Assembly: GCA_007693595.1 (NCBI GenBank)
Contig: REDI01000060.1
Location: 61,206-125,205 of the forward strand
Source of the DNA: Deltaproteobacteria bacterium
Lineage (GTDB): Bacteria > Myxococcota_A > UBA796 > GCA-2862545
Length of the DNA: 64,000 nt
Direction of reading: 5' to 3'
The notes beneath the pieces were generated by a model. That model made no database searches, was not told the origin of the DNA, and saw nothing but the letters and a program-made list of their open reading frames with translations. The translations under genes and the position numbers were made by a program. This document shows positions 36,538-46,118 of this stretch, piece by piece (within the stretch, counting starts at the first letter, position 1; each line of letters starts with the position of its first letter).

Positions 36538-39381
36538 ATGCGCCACTTCGCCCTCCTGACGGGCTTGATTCTCGTGAGCTGCACCCGTGCGGTCCCCGAG
36601 GCAGCCCCCATCCCGCAGACCGCTGCGCTACACGAGCCGCTCCCGCTGGACTCCGGTGTCCGAACCGGCGTCCTCGACAACGGCCTGACCTGGTTCATCG
36701 AGGTCAACCGCGAGCCCGCCGAGCGTGCCGTGCTCCGCCTCGCGGTCGACGCGGGCAGTATCCTCGAAGACGAAGACCAGCTCGGTCTGGCCCATGTCCT
36801 CGAGCACATGGCCTTCAACGGCACCGAGAACTTCCCCGGCAACACGCTGATCACCTACCTCGAGAGCACGGGCACCCGCTTCGGCGCCCACCTCAACGCT
36901 CACACTGGCTTCGACGAGACCGTCTACAAGCTCCAGGTCCCCACCGACGATCTGGAGCAGCTCGACACGGGCCTGCTCGTCTTGCGCGACTGGGCGGGCG
37001 GGCTCACCTTCGATCCCGAAGAGATCGACAAGGAGCGCGGCGTCGTGCTCGAGGAGTGGCGGCTCAGGTTGGGGCCCGGAGAACGGCTGGGGCGCCAGAT
37101 CCGTCCTCTTCTCTTCCAGGGTTCTCCTTACCACGAACGCATGCCCATTGGCACCGAAGAGAGTCTGCGCACCTTCACCCCCGAGGCGATCGAGCGCTTC
37201 TACCGCGACTGGTACCGCCCCGATCTGATGGCGGTGATCGTCGTTGGCGACGTGGATCCCGACGAGATCGAGGCGTCGATCGTCGCGAAGTTCTCTGATC
37301 TTCAGGGGCCCGATCAGCCGCGCGAGCGCGTCCGACCCGAGGTCCCAGGTCTGCAGGAGCCCGCCTGGCTCGTGCTGACGGATCCCGAAGTCCCGACCAG
37401 CAACCTTCAGGTCAGTCGGGTCTTCGTCGAGCGCGAAGGTTCGACCCACGGCGACTACCGTCGTTCCCTCGCCGAGGGGCTCATGCAGCGCGCGATGGCG
37501 GAGCGGCTGGGCGAGCTCTCTCGTCGCGAAGACAGCCCCCTGCTGGGGGCCTTCGCCGGCCGGAGCCGCATCACGCCCACCTCTCGCGCCGATCAACTCG
37601 GGATCAACCCCAAGGCGGGCCGCGAGATCGAGGCCTACGAGCTGGTCCTCACCGAGCTTCGACGCTTCGTCGAGTTTGGACCCACCGAGGGGGAGCTCGA
37701 TCGTGCTCGCCGGGACACGTTGCGCTTCTTCCGGTCGATGCTCAAAGAGATCGACCAGACCAGCTCCACCACCCACGCCGAAGAGATCATCCGCGTCTTC
37801 ATGACCGGAGAGCCCATGCCAGGGCTGCCCTACGAGGTGGCTTTGGCCGAGCGCTTTGTCCCCGACTTCACCGTCCAAGACATCCAAGTGATCGCCGAGG
37901 AGTTCCTGCAAGGGCCCCGGTTGGTCGTGGGGATCTTCCCCGAGGGCCACGAGAGCATCCCATCGATCGAACAGTTCCAGGCCTCCGAGGCTCGGGTGGC
38001 GACCGTCGAGCTCGCCCCGCCCGAGGCCGAGGGGGAGCTGGTCGATCCGATCGAGCCTCCTCCCACGCCGGGCTCCGTGGTCCACATCGACCGAACCTTC
38101 GAAGAGAGCTTGGGCTTTGTCCGTTACGACCTTTCGAACGGGGTGCAGGTCTACGTGCGCCCCACCGACTTCAAGAGCGACGAGGTTCGCTTCGCTGGCT
38201 TCCGTCCAGGGGGCTCGAGCCTGATCGATGATGCGGACTACGTTCCCCTGGCGACCATGGGGAGCATCTTGACGCAGTCCGGGGTCGGAGCCCTCGACGC
38301 CGAGGCTCTGCGGCGCTGGCTCGCGGGTAAGAACCTCTCGGTCACGACCCGGGTAGGCACCTACGCCGAGAAGGTGAGCGGGAGCGCCTCGCCCGAGGAT
38401 CTCGGCTACGCCCTCCAGCTCCTTCACGCCAAGGTTGTGGCCCCCCGGTTCGACGAGACCGCCTTCGCCCTCGATCGCGCCTCCCGCACCGAGTCGCTCC
38501 GAAACCGGCTCGTCAACCCTGCGGCCCACTTCTCCGATGCCTGGACTCGGCTCGTGTCCCCCGACGATCCGCGCGCCCAGCCCTGGACGGTGGAGCGCCT
38601 GGCCGAGATGGACCTCGCGCGCTCCGAGGCCCTGTACCGGGAGCGCTTCGGGGATCTGGCCGGCCTACAGCTCGTCTTTGTCGGCGCGATCCCTGATGAC
38701 TTCGAAGATCTGCTGAGCCGCTGGGTCGCGACCCTGCCCGCCTCGGGCGAGGTCTCCGAGCCACGGGATCGAGGCTTTCGGCCGGTTCAGGGTGAGCACG
38801 AGCTGGTGGTGGAGCGGGGCAGTGAGCCCCAGGCGCGGGTTCGGATGTTCTGGCACGGTCCCTTCGACGATCCGAGCTTGGAGCGCCGCGCCGCCTTCGA
38901 GGCCCTGATGTCCGCCCTGAGGGTGCAGCTCCGGGAGTCGCTTCGCGAGGAGCTGGGAGGGGTCTACGGCGTCAGCGCCTACGGCTCGATCAGCGATCGC
39001 TTCGACCACACCTTCGATCTCTCCGTGACCTTCTCTTGCGATCCCGATCGGGTCGATGAGCTGGTCGCGGAGGTCGAGCGCATCTTTGCCCAGGCGGTCG
39101 AGACCCCCCCCGAAGAGCGCCTGTTGACCCAGTATAAAGAGACGGTTCGCCGTAGCTACCAAGAGATGTCGCGCACCAATGACTACTGGATGGTGCTGCT
39201 TCGATTCTTGGAGGCGGATCGCGATCCCGTGCCCGCCATGGTCGGCGCGGTGGAGCTCGCCAACGCGGTCAGCGCGCAGGATGTGCAGTCCATGGCCGCT
39301 CAGACCTTGTCGACTCCGAACCTGGTTCGCGGTCGCCTCATTCCTGCTTCCCCTCCCTCGACCGAGGAGCCCGCTCCATGA
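36538..39381 (+). CDS. M16 family zinc metallopeptidase (insulinase/pitrilysin-like), double-length lipoprotein
   Basis: Lipobox LILVSC. The inverted zinc motif HVLEHMAFNGTENF (HxxEH) is present with the downstream Glu region. At 947 aa it is consistent with two fused M16 halves. Confidence 0.85.
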   Translation: MRHFALLTGLILVSCTRAVPEAAPIPQTAALHEPLPLDSGVRTGVLDNGLTWFIEVNREPAERAVLRLAVDAGSILEDEDQLGLAHVLEHMAFNGTENFPGNTLITYLESTGTRFGAHLNAHTGFDETVYKLQVPTDDLEQLDTGLLVLRDWAGGLTFDPEEIDKERGVVLEEWRLRLGPGERLGRQIRPLLFQGSPYHERMPIGTEESLRTFTPEAIERFYRDWYRPDLMAVIVVGDVDPDEIEASIVAKFSDLQGPDQPRERVRPEVPGLQEPAWLVLTDPEVPTSNLQVSRVFVEREGSTHGDYRRSLAEGLMQRAMAERLGELSRREDSPLLGAFAGRSRITPTSRADQLGINPKAGREIEAYELVLTELRRFVEFGPTEGELDRARRDTLRFFRSMLKEIDQTSSTTHAEEIIRVFMTGEPMPGLPYEVALAERFVPDFTVQDIQVIAEEFLQGPRLVVGIFPEGHESIPSIEQFQASEARVATVELAPPEAEGELVDPIEPPPTPGSVVHIDRTFEESLGFVRYDLSNGVQVYVRPTDFKSDEVRFAGFRPGGSSLIDDADYVPLATMGSILTQSGVGALDAEALRRWLAGKNLSVTTRVGTYAEKVSGSASPEDLGYALQLLHAKVVAPRFDETAFALDRASRTESLRNRLVNPAAHFSDAWTRLVSPDDPRAQPWTVERLAEMDLARSEALYRERFGDLAGLQLVFVGAIPDDFEDLLSRWVATLPASGEVSEPRDRGFRPVQGEHELVVERGSEPQARVRMFWHGPFDDPSLERRAAFEALMSALRVQLRESLREELGGVYGVSAYGSISDRFDHTFDLSVTFSCDPDRVDELVAEVERIFAQAVETPPEERLLTQYKETVRRSYQEMSRTNDYWMVLLRFLEADRDPVPAMVGAVELANAVSAQDVQSMAAQTLSTPNLVRGRLIPASPPSTEEPAP

Positions 39382-40709
39382 TCGCGCTGCTGCTTTCGCT
39401 GACCTCCGCCCAGGCCGTTGACATCCCGCACCAGACCTTCGAGCTCGAGAATGGGCTCGAGGTGGTGTTGATCCCCGACCGCTCGCTGCCCAAGGTGGTG
39501 GTCGATGTGTGGTACGACGTCGGCTCATACGATGACCCGGAGGGGCGCTCAGGGTTCGCCCACCTCTTTGAGCACCTGATGTTCAAGGGCACGGCGCGGG
39601 TGGGCGAGGGGCAGTTCGACACGCTCATGGAGGAAGCCGGCGGGTGGAACAACGCCACGACCGCCGATGATCGCACCAACTACTTCAACGTAGGTCCCTC
39701 CAGCGCCCTCGAGCTGCTGCTCTGGCTCGAGGCCGACCGGATGACCTCCCTCGACATCACGCAAAACAAGCTCGACGTCGAGCGCGAAGTCGTGCGCAAC
39801 GAGAAGCGCCAGAACTACGAAGACCGCCCGTATGGGGGCATGTGGATCGCCTTGCCGCCCGCCTTGTATCCCAAAGACAACCCTCTTCATCGGCCGGGGA
39901 TCGGCTCGCACGAAGAGCTGATGGCCGCCACCCTGCAAGACGTCACCGCGTTCTACGAGACCTTCTACGTGCCGTCCAACGCGGTTCTGGCCGTCGCAGG
40001 AGACTTCGATCCTGACCAGACCCGCGAGCTGATCACCACCTTGTTTGGGGGACTGCCAGCCCGACCCAAGCCCGAGCGTCAGCTCGTCGAGATGTCCGAC
40101 ACCCCGGCCAAGGACCGGGTGGTGCTGCACGACGACGTCTCCTTGGTGATGACCCGGCTCGCCTGGCACGCAGCCCCTTCCTACACCGACGAGGACGCGG
40201 CGCTCGATGTTCTCGCCCACATCCTGGGCGGGTCGCAAGATGCCCGGCTCCAGCGCGCCTTGGTGCACGAGTCGTCCCTCGCGGTCGACGTAGGGGCGGG
40301 CATGTGGTCGAGCCGCTGGGGTGGGGTCTTCTCGATCAATGCGGTCCTTCCACCCCAAGAGCGGTCCGAGGCCGAGGCGGGCGAGGCGGCGCTGCGTCAG
40401 GCCGTCTACACCGAGATCCAAGCTCTCGCGGGCGATCGACCCCCCACCGCCGACGAGGTTGCGCGCGCGGTCCGCAACCTCGAGCTCTCGGTCGTCGAGG
40501 GGATCGAGACCCTCTTGGGGCGCGCCGAGCAGCTCCAGCGCTACCGACTCCACACTGGGGAGTTCGACTACGTCGAGCGCGATGTCGCCCGCTACCGCCG
40601 GGTGACCCCCCAGGCTGTCATCGACCAAGCCAAGCTCCTGACCGCCGACCGTAGCACGACCATCGCGGTCTTTCCCAGGCCTGCCGGCCACCAGGGAGGT
40701 GCCCCGTGA
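39378..40709 (+). CDS. M16 family zinc metallopeptidase, catalytic subunit
   Basis: HLFEHLMFKGT is the HxxEH motif. A signal peptide MIALLLSLTSAQA is present. ATGA overlaps the upstream M16 gene. Confidence 0.85.
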   Translation: MIALLLSLTSAQAVDIPHQTFELENGLEVVLIPDRSLPKVVVDVWYDVGSYDDPEGRSGFAHLFEHLMFKGTARVGEGQFDTLMEEAGGWNNATTADDRTNYFNVGPSSALELLLWLEADRMTSLDITQNKLDVEREVVRNEKRQNYEDRPYGGMWIALPPALYPKDNPLHRPGIGSHEELMAATLQDVTAFYETFYVPSNAVLAVAGDFDPDQTRELITTLFGGLPARPKPERQLVEMSDTPAKDRVVLHDDVSLVMTRLAWHAAPSYTDEDAALDVLAHILGGSQDARLQRALVHESSLAVDVGAGMWSSRWGGVFSINAVLPPQERSEAEAGEAALRQAVYTEIQALAGDRPPTADEVARAVRNLELSVVEGIETLLGRAEQLQRYRLHTGEFDYVERDVARYRRVTPQAVIDQAKLLTADRSTTIAVFPRPAGHQGGAP

Positions 40710-42136
40710 CCCGCCTCGTCTTCCTCGCCCTCTTCGCGATCGCCTGTGCTCCGAAGCAGGCTCCGGCTCCGCCTTCGACGGATCAGGTGGTGCCCGTTCC
40801 GGGGCCTCCCAAGGCCTTCACTCCCGCGCCTCCAGTCCAGCGCGCGCTGGGGAACGGCATCCCGGTCTTCGTCGTCGAGCAGCCCTCCTTGCCGCTCGTG
40901 AGTGTGCGTTTGTTGCTCCCGACCGGCACCTCGAACGATCCCGTGGACCAAGCCGGTCGCGCGAGCCTGGGCACCGCGATGCTCGACGAGGCGGCGGGCC
41001 CTCGGTCCGCCCTGGAGCAGGCAGCTGCCCTCGACGCGATCGCCACCTCGGTCGGGATCAGCGCCGGGCGGGAGTCCACGACCCTGTACCTCGACACACA
41101 CCGCGACACGCTCGCCGAGGCTCTGCCCCTGGCAGCCGATGCGCTCCTTCGGCCCGGCTTCCTCGAGGCAGATTTCGCGCGGGTCCACCAGCAGCAGCTC
41201 AGCGGCCTCCGCTCCGCCCTCGACAACAACACCGTGGTCGCGGGCCTGGTCGGGGCTTCCCAGTGGTGGGGGCAAGAACACCCCTACGGCCTCCCCACCC
41301 AGGGGAGTCTCGCCACCGTCCAGCCGTTGACCCTCGAAGACCTTCGAGCCTGGCACGCCCAAGAGATCCACGCTGGAGGCGCGGCGATCGTGGTGGTGGG
41401 CGATGTGCGCGCCGACGAGGTCACCGGACTCCTCGACGAACACTTCGGTTCCTGGGTCTCGCAGCCTCGAGCTGCCAAGGAGCTGCCTGCCCCGAGCGCC
41501 CCGACGGGGGTCGTGCTGGTCGATAGGCCCGGATCCTCACAGACCGTGATCTCGATCCTCATGCCGGGGCGCGGGGTCGACGATCCTCAGCGGGCCGAGA
41601 TCGACGCGGTCCGGACCATCCTGGGAGGCAGCTTTACGAGCCGTCTCAACCGGCGTCTGCGCGAGGAGCTCGGCTACACCTATGGGGCTCGCATGTCGGT
41701 CGCCCGCTATCACCAAGGGGGCACCCTAGGGGCGGGCGCCTCGGTCCGCACGGATGCCACCGCCGATGCCCTGGTGGAGTTCATGAAGCTCCTTCGCGCC
41801 GCTCAGCGAGACGGGGTGACCGGCCAGGATGCCCATCGAGGTCGGGCGCTGATGATCACGAGCGCGGTCGATCAGGCCGAGACCCGCTCGGGCCTCGCGG
41901 CCGCGTATGGTTCCGAGATCCTTCAGGGGCGGTCGCCCGCAGATCTGGCGACCTACCTCGCCCAGGTCGACGCGCTCGATCAGCAGGCCATCACCCAGGC
42001 GGCAGTCTCGATCGCCCCCGAACAGGCGCTCGTGGTGCTCGTCGGGGATCGCGCCCAGATCGAAGCGCCGCTGCGAGAGCTGGGCTTCGAGGATCTTCGG
42101 ATCGTGGTCTATCCCCAGAAGGCCGGTCAGGAGTAG
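40706..42136 (+). CDS. M16 family peptidase-like lipoprotein lacking the HxxEH motif (probable non-catalytic partner subunit)
   Basis: Lipobox FAIACAP. The M16 fold blocks are present but no HxxEH is seen. An ATGA overlap suggests coupling with the catalytic subunit. Confidence 0.75.
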   Translation: MTRLVFLALFAIACAPKQAPAPPSTDQVVPVPGPPKAFTPAPPVQRALGNGIPVFVVEQPSLPLVSVRLLLPTGTSNDPVDQAGRASLGTAMLDEAAGPRSALEQAAALDAIATSVGISAGRESTTLYLDTHRDTLAEALPLAADALLRPGFLEADFARVHQQQLSGLRSALDNNTVVAGLVGASQWWGQEHPYGLPTQGSLATVQPLTLEDLRAWHAQEIHAGGAAIVVVGDVRADEVTGLLDEHFGSWVSQPRAAKELPAPSAPTGVVLVDRPGSSQTVISILMPGRGVDDPQRAEIDAVRTILGGSFTSRLNRRLREELGYTYGARMSVARYHQGGTLGAGASVRTDATADALVEFMKLLRAAQRDGVTGQDAHRGRALMITSAVDQAETRSGLAAAYGSEILQGRSPADLATYLAQVDALDQQAITQAAVSIAPEQALVVLVGDRAQIEAPLRELGFEDLRIVVYPQKAGQE

Positions 42137-42286
42137 CGAGCGGTACGGGGAGCGACCGTTGGGGACAGGGGCCGAGCCCGGCGCCGGATCGCGGGGGGAC
42201 CCTGACGGCAGCGAGACAAGGACGAACCTGGCAGCGGCCAGGGCTCGCTTGGCACGCCGGGCGTAGGGAGGCCCCTCAGTCGATGA

Positions 42287-42931
42287 CTAGCTCGACAGCG
42301 CGCTTCCGAAGGCTGAGACCTGCTCGTCGAGAGCCTCGAGGGCCTCCTGCCAGGCACCCGCGATCTCGAGGCTGCCTTCGCCCAGGGTAGGGGCCGGTAA
42401 CGCCTGAATGGTGGCGAGGGCTTGGGCGAGGTGAGGGTTGGCCGGGTCTTGGGCCTGCGCTTGGGTGAGGCCCTCGACGGCATGCTGCGCGTTCTCGGCG
42501 TAGGTGCCTAAGACTTCGGCGAGGTAGGTGTCGTCTGGCGCGACGTCGGCCAGGTAGAGGGTCAGGGCGACGAGGTTGCCGGAGAGGAGCCAGGCGCCGA
42601 GCCACCACCCTGCGGTGTAGGACGCCGACCCCGCCTCATCGAGATCCGCGTAGACCAGCTCGGCGCAGTCCTGCGCCCACTGGGCGTAGGCGTCGGGGTG
42701 TTGGGGGGCCTCGGGCATGGGCTTAGGCGAGAGCGCTTCTTGTACCCTCGCGATGGATTTCCTAGCGTTGCCGGCTTGAGCCTTCAGGGCCTCGGCTTGC
42801 TCGGCCGCCCGCTCGGCCAGATCCCCCTCGGCGTAGCCGCGCACCGAAGAGATCACCGAGGCCGTGTCGAAGAAGACGCCGATGAGGTTGAGGGAGACGG
42901 CGACCTCGAAGGCTTGTTGTGGGCTGGTCAT
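42287..42931 (-). CDS. hypothetical protein (~214 aa)
   Basis: The chosen start is the internal ATG preceded by AGGAG (MTSPQQAFEVAVSLNLIGVFFD...). The upstream 105 codons of the tracked ORF are Ser/Arg/Pro-rich and run antisense to the GTPase gene, so they were rejected. No motif was recognised. Confidence 0.4.
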   Translation of the reverse strand: MTSPQQAFEVAVSLNLIGVFFDTASVISSVRGYAEGDLAERAAEQAEALKAQAGNARKSIARVQEALSPKPMPEAPQHPDAYAQWAQDCAELVYADLDEAGSASYTAGWWLGAWLLSGNLVALTLYLADVAPDDTYLAEVLGTYAENAQHAVEGLTQAQAQDPANPHLAQALATIQALPAPTLGEGSLEIAGAWQEALEALDEQVSAFGSALSS

Positions 42932-43040
42932 GGTGGCTCCTGTAGCTACGGCTCGGAGTGTAGCACCAAGGCGAGGGCGGCGCTGCAAGGGGCTCGCCAG
43001 CCCGCCGCTGGTAGCATAGGATGATCGTGTTGGAGGTCTG

Positions 43041-44129
43041 ATGGGCAAGGAACTGCCGACCGTCGCCGCTGCGGCCCAAGCGGTCGCGGGACAGCGCTGG
43101 GAGCTCGCTACCGCCGAGATCGACGAAGCCCTCCGGCAGAGGTTGGTGGTCGCCTTCCTGGGGTCCGCCTCCTCGGGCAAGGACTCCGCGATCCGAGCGC
43201 TCTTCGGCATGGACTTCGGCGAGATCGATCCCATCCCCGGCTCCACCGAAGAGGTGCGGGTCGCGCCGGTCGATCGGGATGGTCGGGTGCTCGTGGTGAA
43301 CGCGCCGGGCTTCGGCGATGTCCGCGCCGAGGTGGACCAGAAGGCCCGCGAGGTCCTCGATCAGCTCGACATCGCCGTCTACCTGCTCAACGCCGACGGT
43401 GGCGCCACGATCGACGAGCGTCGGGATCTCGACGCGATCCGTGCTCTTGGCCGGCCCACCCTCGTCTGTGTGAACAAGATCGACCTCATCCGCCCCGACC
43501 AGCGGGAGCGTTTCGTCGACAAGACCCTCGCGCAGCTCGCGGTCGATCCCAGCGATGCGGTCGTCACCGCCTTCGATCCCCTCCCTGCGCTCTCCGACGA
43601 TCCCGTCGGCGTCGACGAGGTCATCACCTGGATCCACAAGCAGCTCACCAGCCAGGGCAAGGAGCTGCTCTTTGCCAAGACCCTCCGCAACCGCGCCGCG
43701 GCGGCCAGGGTGGTGGTTCGGGCGGCGGCCCGGAAGGCGGCCCTCGCGGGGGCCATCCCGGTCGTAGGGGTCGACATCACGGCGGTCACCGCGATCCAGG
43801 TTCGGTTGATCGCGTCGATCGCCAAGATCTATGGACGAAAGCTCGACCACGACGTCGCGGCCTTCATCCTCGGCGAGATCCTGGCGGGCACCAGTAAGGG
43901 CTTCATCCGTTGGTCGCTCAGCGCCCTCAAGAACGCGGGCTGGATCCCCGGGGGCCAGATCGCCCACATCGCCACCAGCGCGCTTGGGGCCACCGTCGCG
44001 GGAGCGACCACCCACGGGGTCGGGCGCGCGGCGGTGACGTACATGGAGCGTGGGGCGGAGCTGACGGTCGACGAGCTACGATCGGCCTTCGACGAAGGAG
44101 CCTTCGAGTGGCGCGACCACCACAGCTAG
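43041..44129 (+). CDS. small GTPase (Era/HSR1-like G domain) with a C-terminal hydrophobic DUF697-like region
   Basis: G1 is LGSASSGKDSAI, G3 is VNAPGFGD and G4 is CVNKID. The C-terminal ~130 aa are amphipathic/hydrophobic (AAARVVVRAAARKAALAGAIPVVGVDITAVTAIQVRLIASIAKIYG...). Confidence 0.75.
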   Translation: MGKELPTVAAAAQAVAGQRWELATAEIDEALRQRLVVAFLGSASSGKDSAIRALFGMDFGEIDPIPGSTEEVRVAPVDRDGRVLVVNAPGFGDVRAEVDQKAREVLDQLDIAVYLLNADGGATIDERRDLDAIRALGRPTLVCVNKIDLIRPDQRERFVDKTLAQLAVDPSDAVVTAFDPLPALSDDPVGVDEVITWIHKQLTSQGKELLFAKTLRNRAAAARVVVRAAARKAALAGAIPVVGVDITAVTAIQVRLIASIAKIYGRKLDHDVAAFILGEILAGTSKGFIRWSLSALKNAGWIPGGQIAHIATSALGATVAGATTHGVGRAAVTYMERGAELTVDELRSAFDEGAFEWRDHHS

Positions 44130-45295
44130 CCCACGCCTCGGTCGAGGAGCTGCTGCGGCGCTGTCACCGCAAGGAGCTGGACCACCTGATCGCCTTGCTC
44201 GGAGTCGACGCGCGGGGCAAGGGCCAGCGCGATCTCTCGGTCGCGCTCGGTCGCAAGCTGCGCTGGGTAGGCACCCATAAGCTCAAGGCGATCTTTCGAG
44301 GGTTCAAGCCCGCTCCGTACCGTCAGGTCCTCCACGAGCTCGCCGCGCGGGTCAAGGTCAAGCCTGGCGTCACCTTCGAAGAGACCGAGCAAGCCATCCT
44401 CGAGAAGCACCTGGCCGAGAGCTGGGCGCAGCTCTCCGACGAAGCCCGGCTACAGCTCTGGAGCGAGCAGGGCCTCCGACCGCCCGTGCCCAAGATTGGT
44501 GAAAAGGCCTTGGATCTGGTCAAGGATCACCTCGGCGAGCAGGCGAGCTTCGGGCTGTCCACCCTCACGCTCCCCGGGCTGCTCGCCCTCGCCGTGCTGC
44601 CGCTCAACCCGATCTCGATCCCAGCCTTGATCCTGGCGTGGCTCTACGCTGGGCCCAACGATCGGATCCTGCTCCCGGCCATCCTCGAGGTCAGCCGCCT
44701 ACGTCAGCTCGTGCTGCACCGGGTCACGATCGGGGTGGTGGGCTCGCCCAGTTCAGGCAAGGATGCGGCGATCAAGGCGCTCTTCGGGATCGACCACGGC
44801 AATATTGACCCGGTGGCTGGCTCGACCCGCGAGGTCGCGATCACCCGGCTTCCGAACGCCACCGCCACCTACGTCATCAACACGCCGGGGCTCGGCGACG
44901 TGGTCGAGTCTGTCACCGAAGAAGCCAAGCAGATCCTCGACCATATCGACCTCTACCTCTACCTCGTCAACGCCCAGGGAGGCGTTCAGGCTCGCGAGAA
45001 GTCGGACTACACGGCCTGCGTGCGGAGCGGCCGCCCGGTCCTCGCGGTGGTGAACAAGGTCGACACCCTGCGCGAGAAGGATCGCGAGCGCTACCTCGCC
45101 GATGCCCGCAAGAAGCTCGGGGCGCCCAAGCAAGACTTCCTCGCCGCGGCCTTCGATCCCCTGCCACAGCTCAGCGAGACGCCCATCGGCCTCGACGGGG
45201 TCAAGACCTGGCTCCTCCAGCGACTTCTCGAGGCCGGAAAGTCCTCGCACGAGATCGCCTGGCTCGAGCCCGAGGCCGTCGAGGTCTCGGCGTGA
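44108..45295 (+). CDS. small GTPase paralog with an N-terminal ~140-aa helical domain
   Basis: G1 is VGSPSSGKDAAI, G3 is INTPGLGD and G4 is VVNKVD. It is clearly paralogous to the upstream GTPase; compare GSxSSGKDxAIxALFGxDxGxIDPxxGST. The candidate start, GTG at 44108, lies 8 nt after GAAGGAG and overlaps the upstream gene by 22 nt. The start is uncertain. Confidence 0.7.
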   Translation: MARPPQLAHASVEELLRRCHRKELDHLIALLGVDARGKGQRDLSVALGRKLRWVGTHKLKAIFRGFKPAPYRQVLHELAARVKVKPGVTFEETEQAILEKHLAESWAQLSDEARLQLWSEQGLRPPVPKIGEKALDLVKDHLGEQASFGLSTLTLPGLLALAVLPLNPISIPALILAWLYAGPNDRILLPAILEVSRLRQLVLHRVTIGVVGSPSSGKDAAIKALFGIDHGNIDPVAGSTREVAITRLPNATATYVINTPGLGDVVESVTEEAKQILDHIDLYLYLVNAQGGVQAREKSDYTACVRSGRPVLAVVNKVDTLREKDRERYLADARKKLGAPKQDFLAAAFDPLPQLSETPIGLDGVKTWLLQRLLEAGKSSHEIAWLEPEAVEVSA

Positions 45296-45335
45296 GCCAT
45301 GTAGGCCGTCGAGGGGACGATCGAGGGGCCGAGGC

Positions 45336-46118
45336 ATGAGCGCTGACGTCGTCGCGGTCATCCCTGCGCGCCTCGGCTCGACGCGGCTACCGAACAAGGT
45401 GCTCTGTGATCTGGGCGGAGCCCCCATGATCGCGCGGGTGATCGAGCGGGTTCGCGCCTGCGCTGCGGTCGACCAGATCCTGGTGGCGACGGACGCGGAG
45501 CAGGTCGCGCAGGCGGTCGAGGGTCTGGCGGTGCAGGTCGTGCAGACGGGCCATGCGAGCTCGGGTACGGATCGGGTGGCGCAGGCGTTGGCAGGATTGG
45601 GTCTCACCCCCGAGATCGTGCTGAATGTTCAGGGTGACGAGCCCTTTGTCGATCCTGAGCTCTTGGGCCGAGTCGTCGAGGTCCAGCGCGTGACGGGGGC
45701 TCCGCTCGTGACAGCGTGCGCGCCGATCCGTCGCTGGGGCGCTCTGCTCTCGCCCGACGTGGTGAAGGTCGTGCCCGATGCACAGGGTCGCGCCATGATC
45801 TTTTCGCGCTCTCCGGTCCCCTGGTCCGCGGCCCTCGAGACCGTGCAGACCGCGCCACCCGACCCCTCCAAGCCCCTGCCCGAAGGCCTCAAGGCGTGGG
45901 AACACATCGGGATCTACGGCTTCACGGGCACGAGCCTGCACCGATTCACCGCCCTCCCTCCCCACCCTCTCGAGCTTCAAGAGCGGTTGGAGCAGCTCCG
46001 GGCGCTGGCTTTTGGATGGACGGTCGAGCTGGTCGAGGCCGAGCACGCGCCCGGCGGGATCGACACGCCCGAGGAGCTGGAGGCGGCGCGCGCCAGGCTG
46101 GAGCGCTCCCTTGCGTGA
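45336..46118 (+). CDS. kdsB: 3-deoxy-manno-octulosonate cytidylyltransferase (CMP-KDO synthetase)
   Basis: VIPARLGSTRLPNKVL and the QGDEP block are present. Length is 260 aa. Confidence 0.85.
   Translation: MSADVVAVIPARLGSTRLPNKVLCDLGGAPMIARVIERVRACAAVDQILVATDAEQVAQAVEGLAVQVVQTGHASSGTDRVAQALAGLGLTPEIVLNVQGDEPFVDPELLGRVVEVQRVTGAPLVTACAPIRRWGALLSPDVVKVVPDAQGRAMIFSRSPVPWSAALETVQTAPPDPSKPLPEGLKAWEHIGIYGFTGTSLHRFTALPPHPLELQERLEQLRALAFGWTVELVEAEHAPGGIDTPEELEAARARLERSLA

Noticed and set aside
36628-38529. 633-aa minus-strand ORF
   Set aside because: It runs antisense to the M16 peptidase gene carrying the HxxEH motif.
39549-40691. 380-aa minus-strand ORF
   Set aside because: It runs antisense to the second M16 peptidase gene.
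42762-44015. 417-aa minus-strand ORF
   Set aside because: It runs antisense to the GTPase gene with clear G1/G3/G4 motifs, and its composition is Arg/Gly/Asp-rich.
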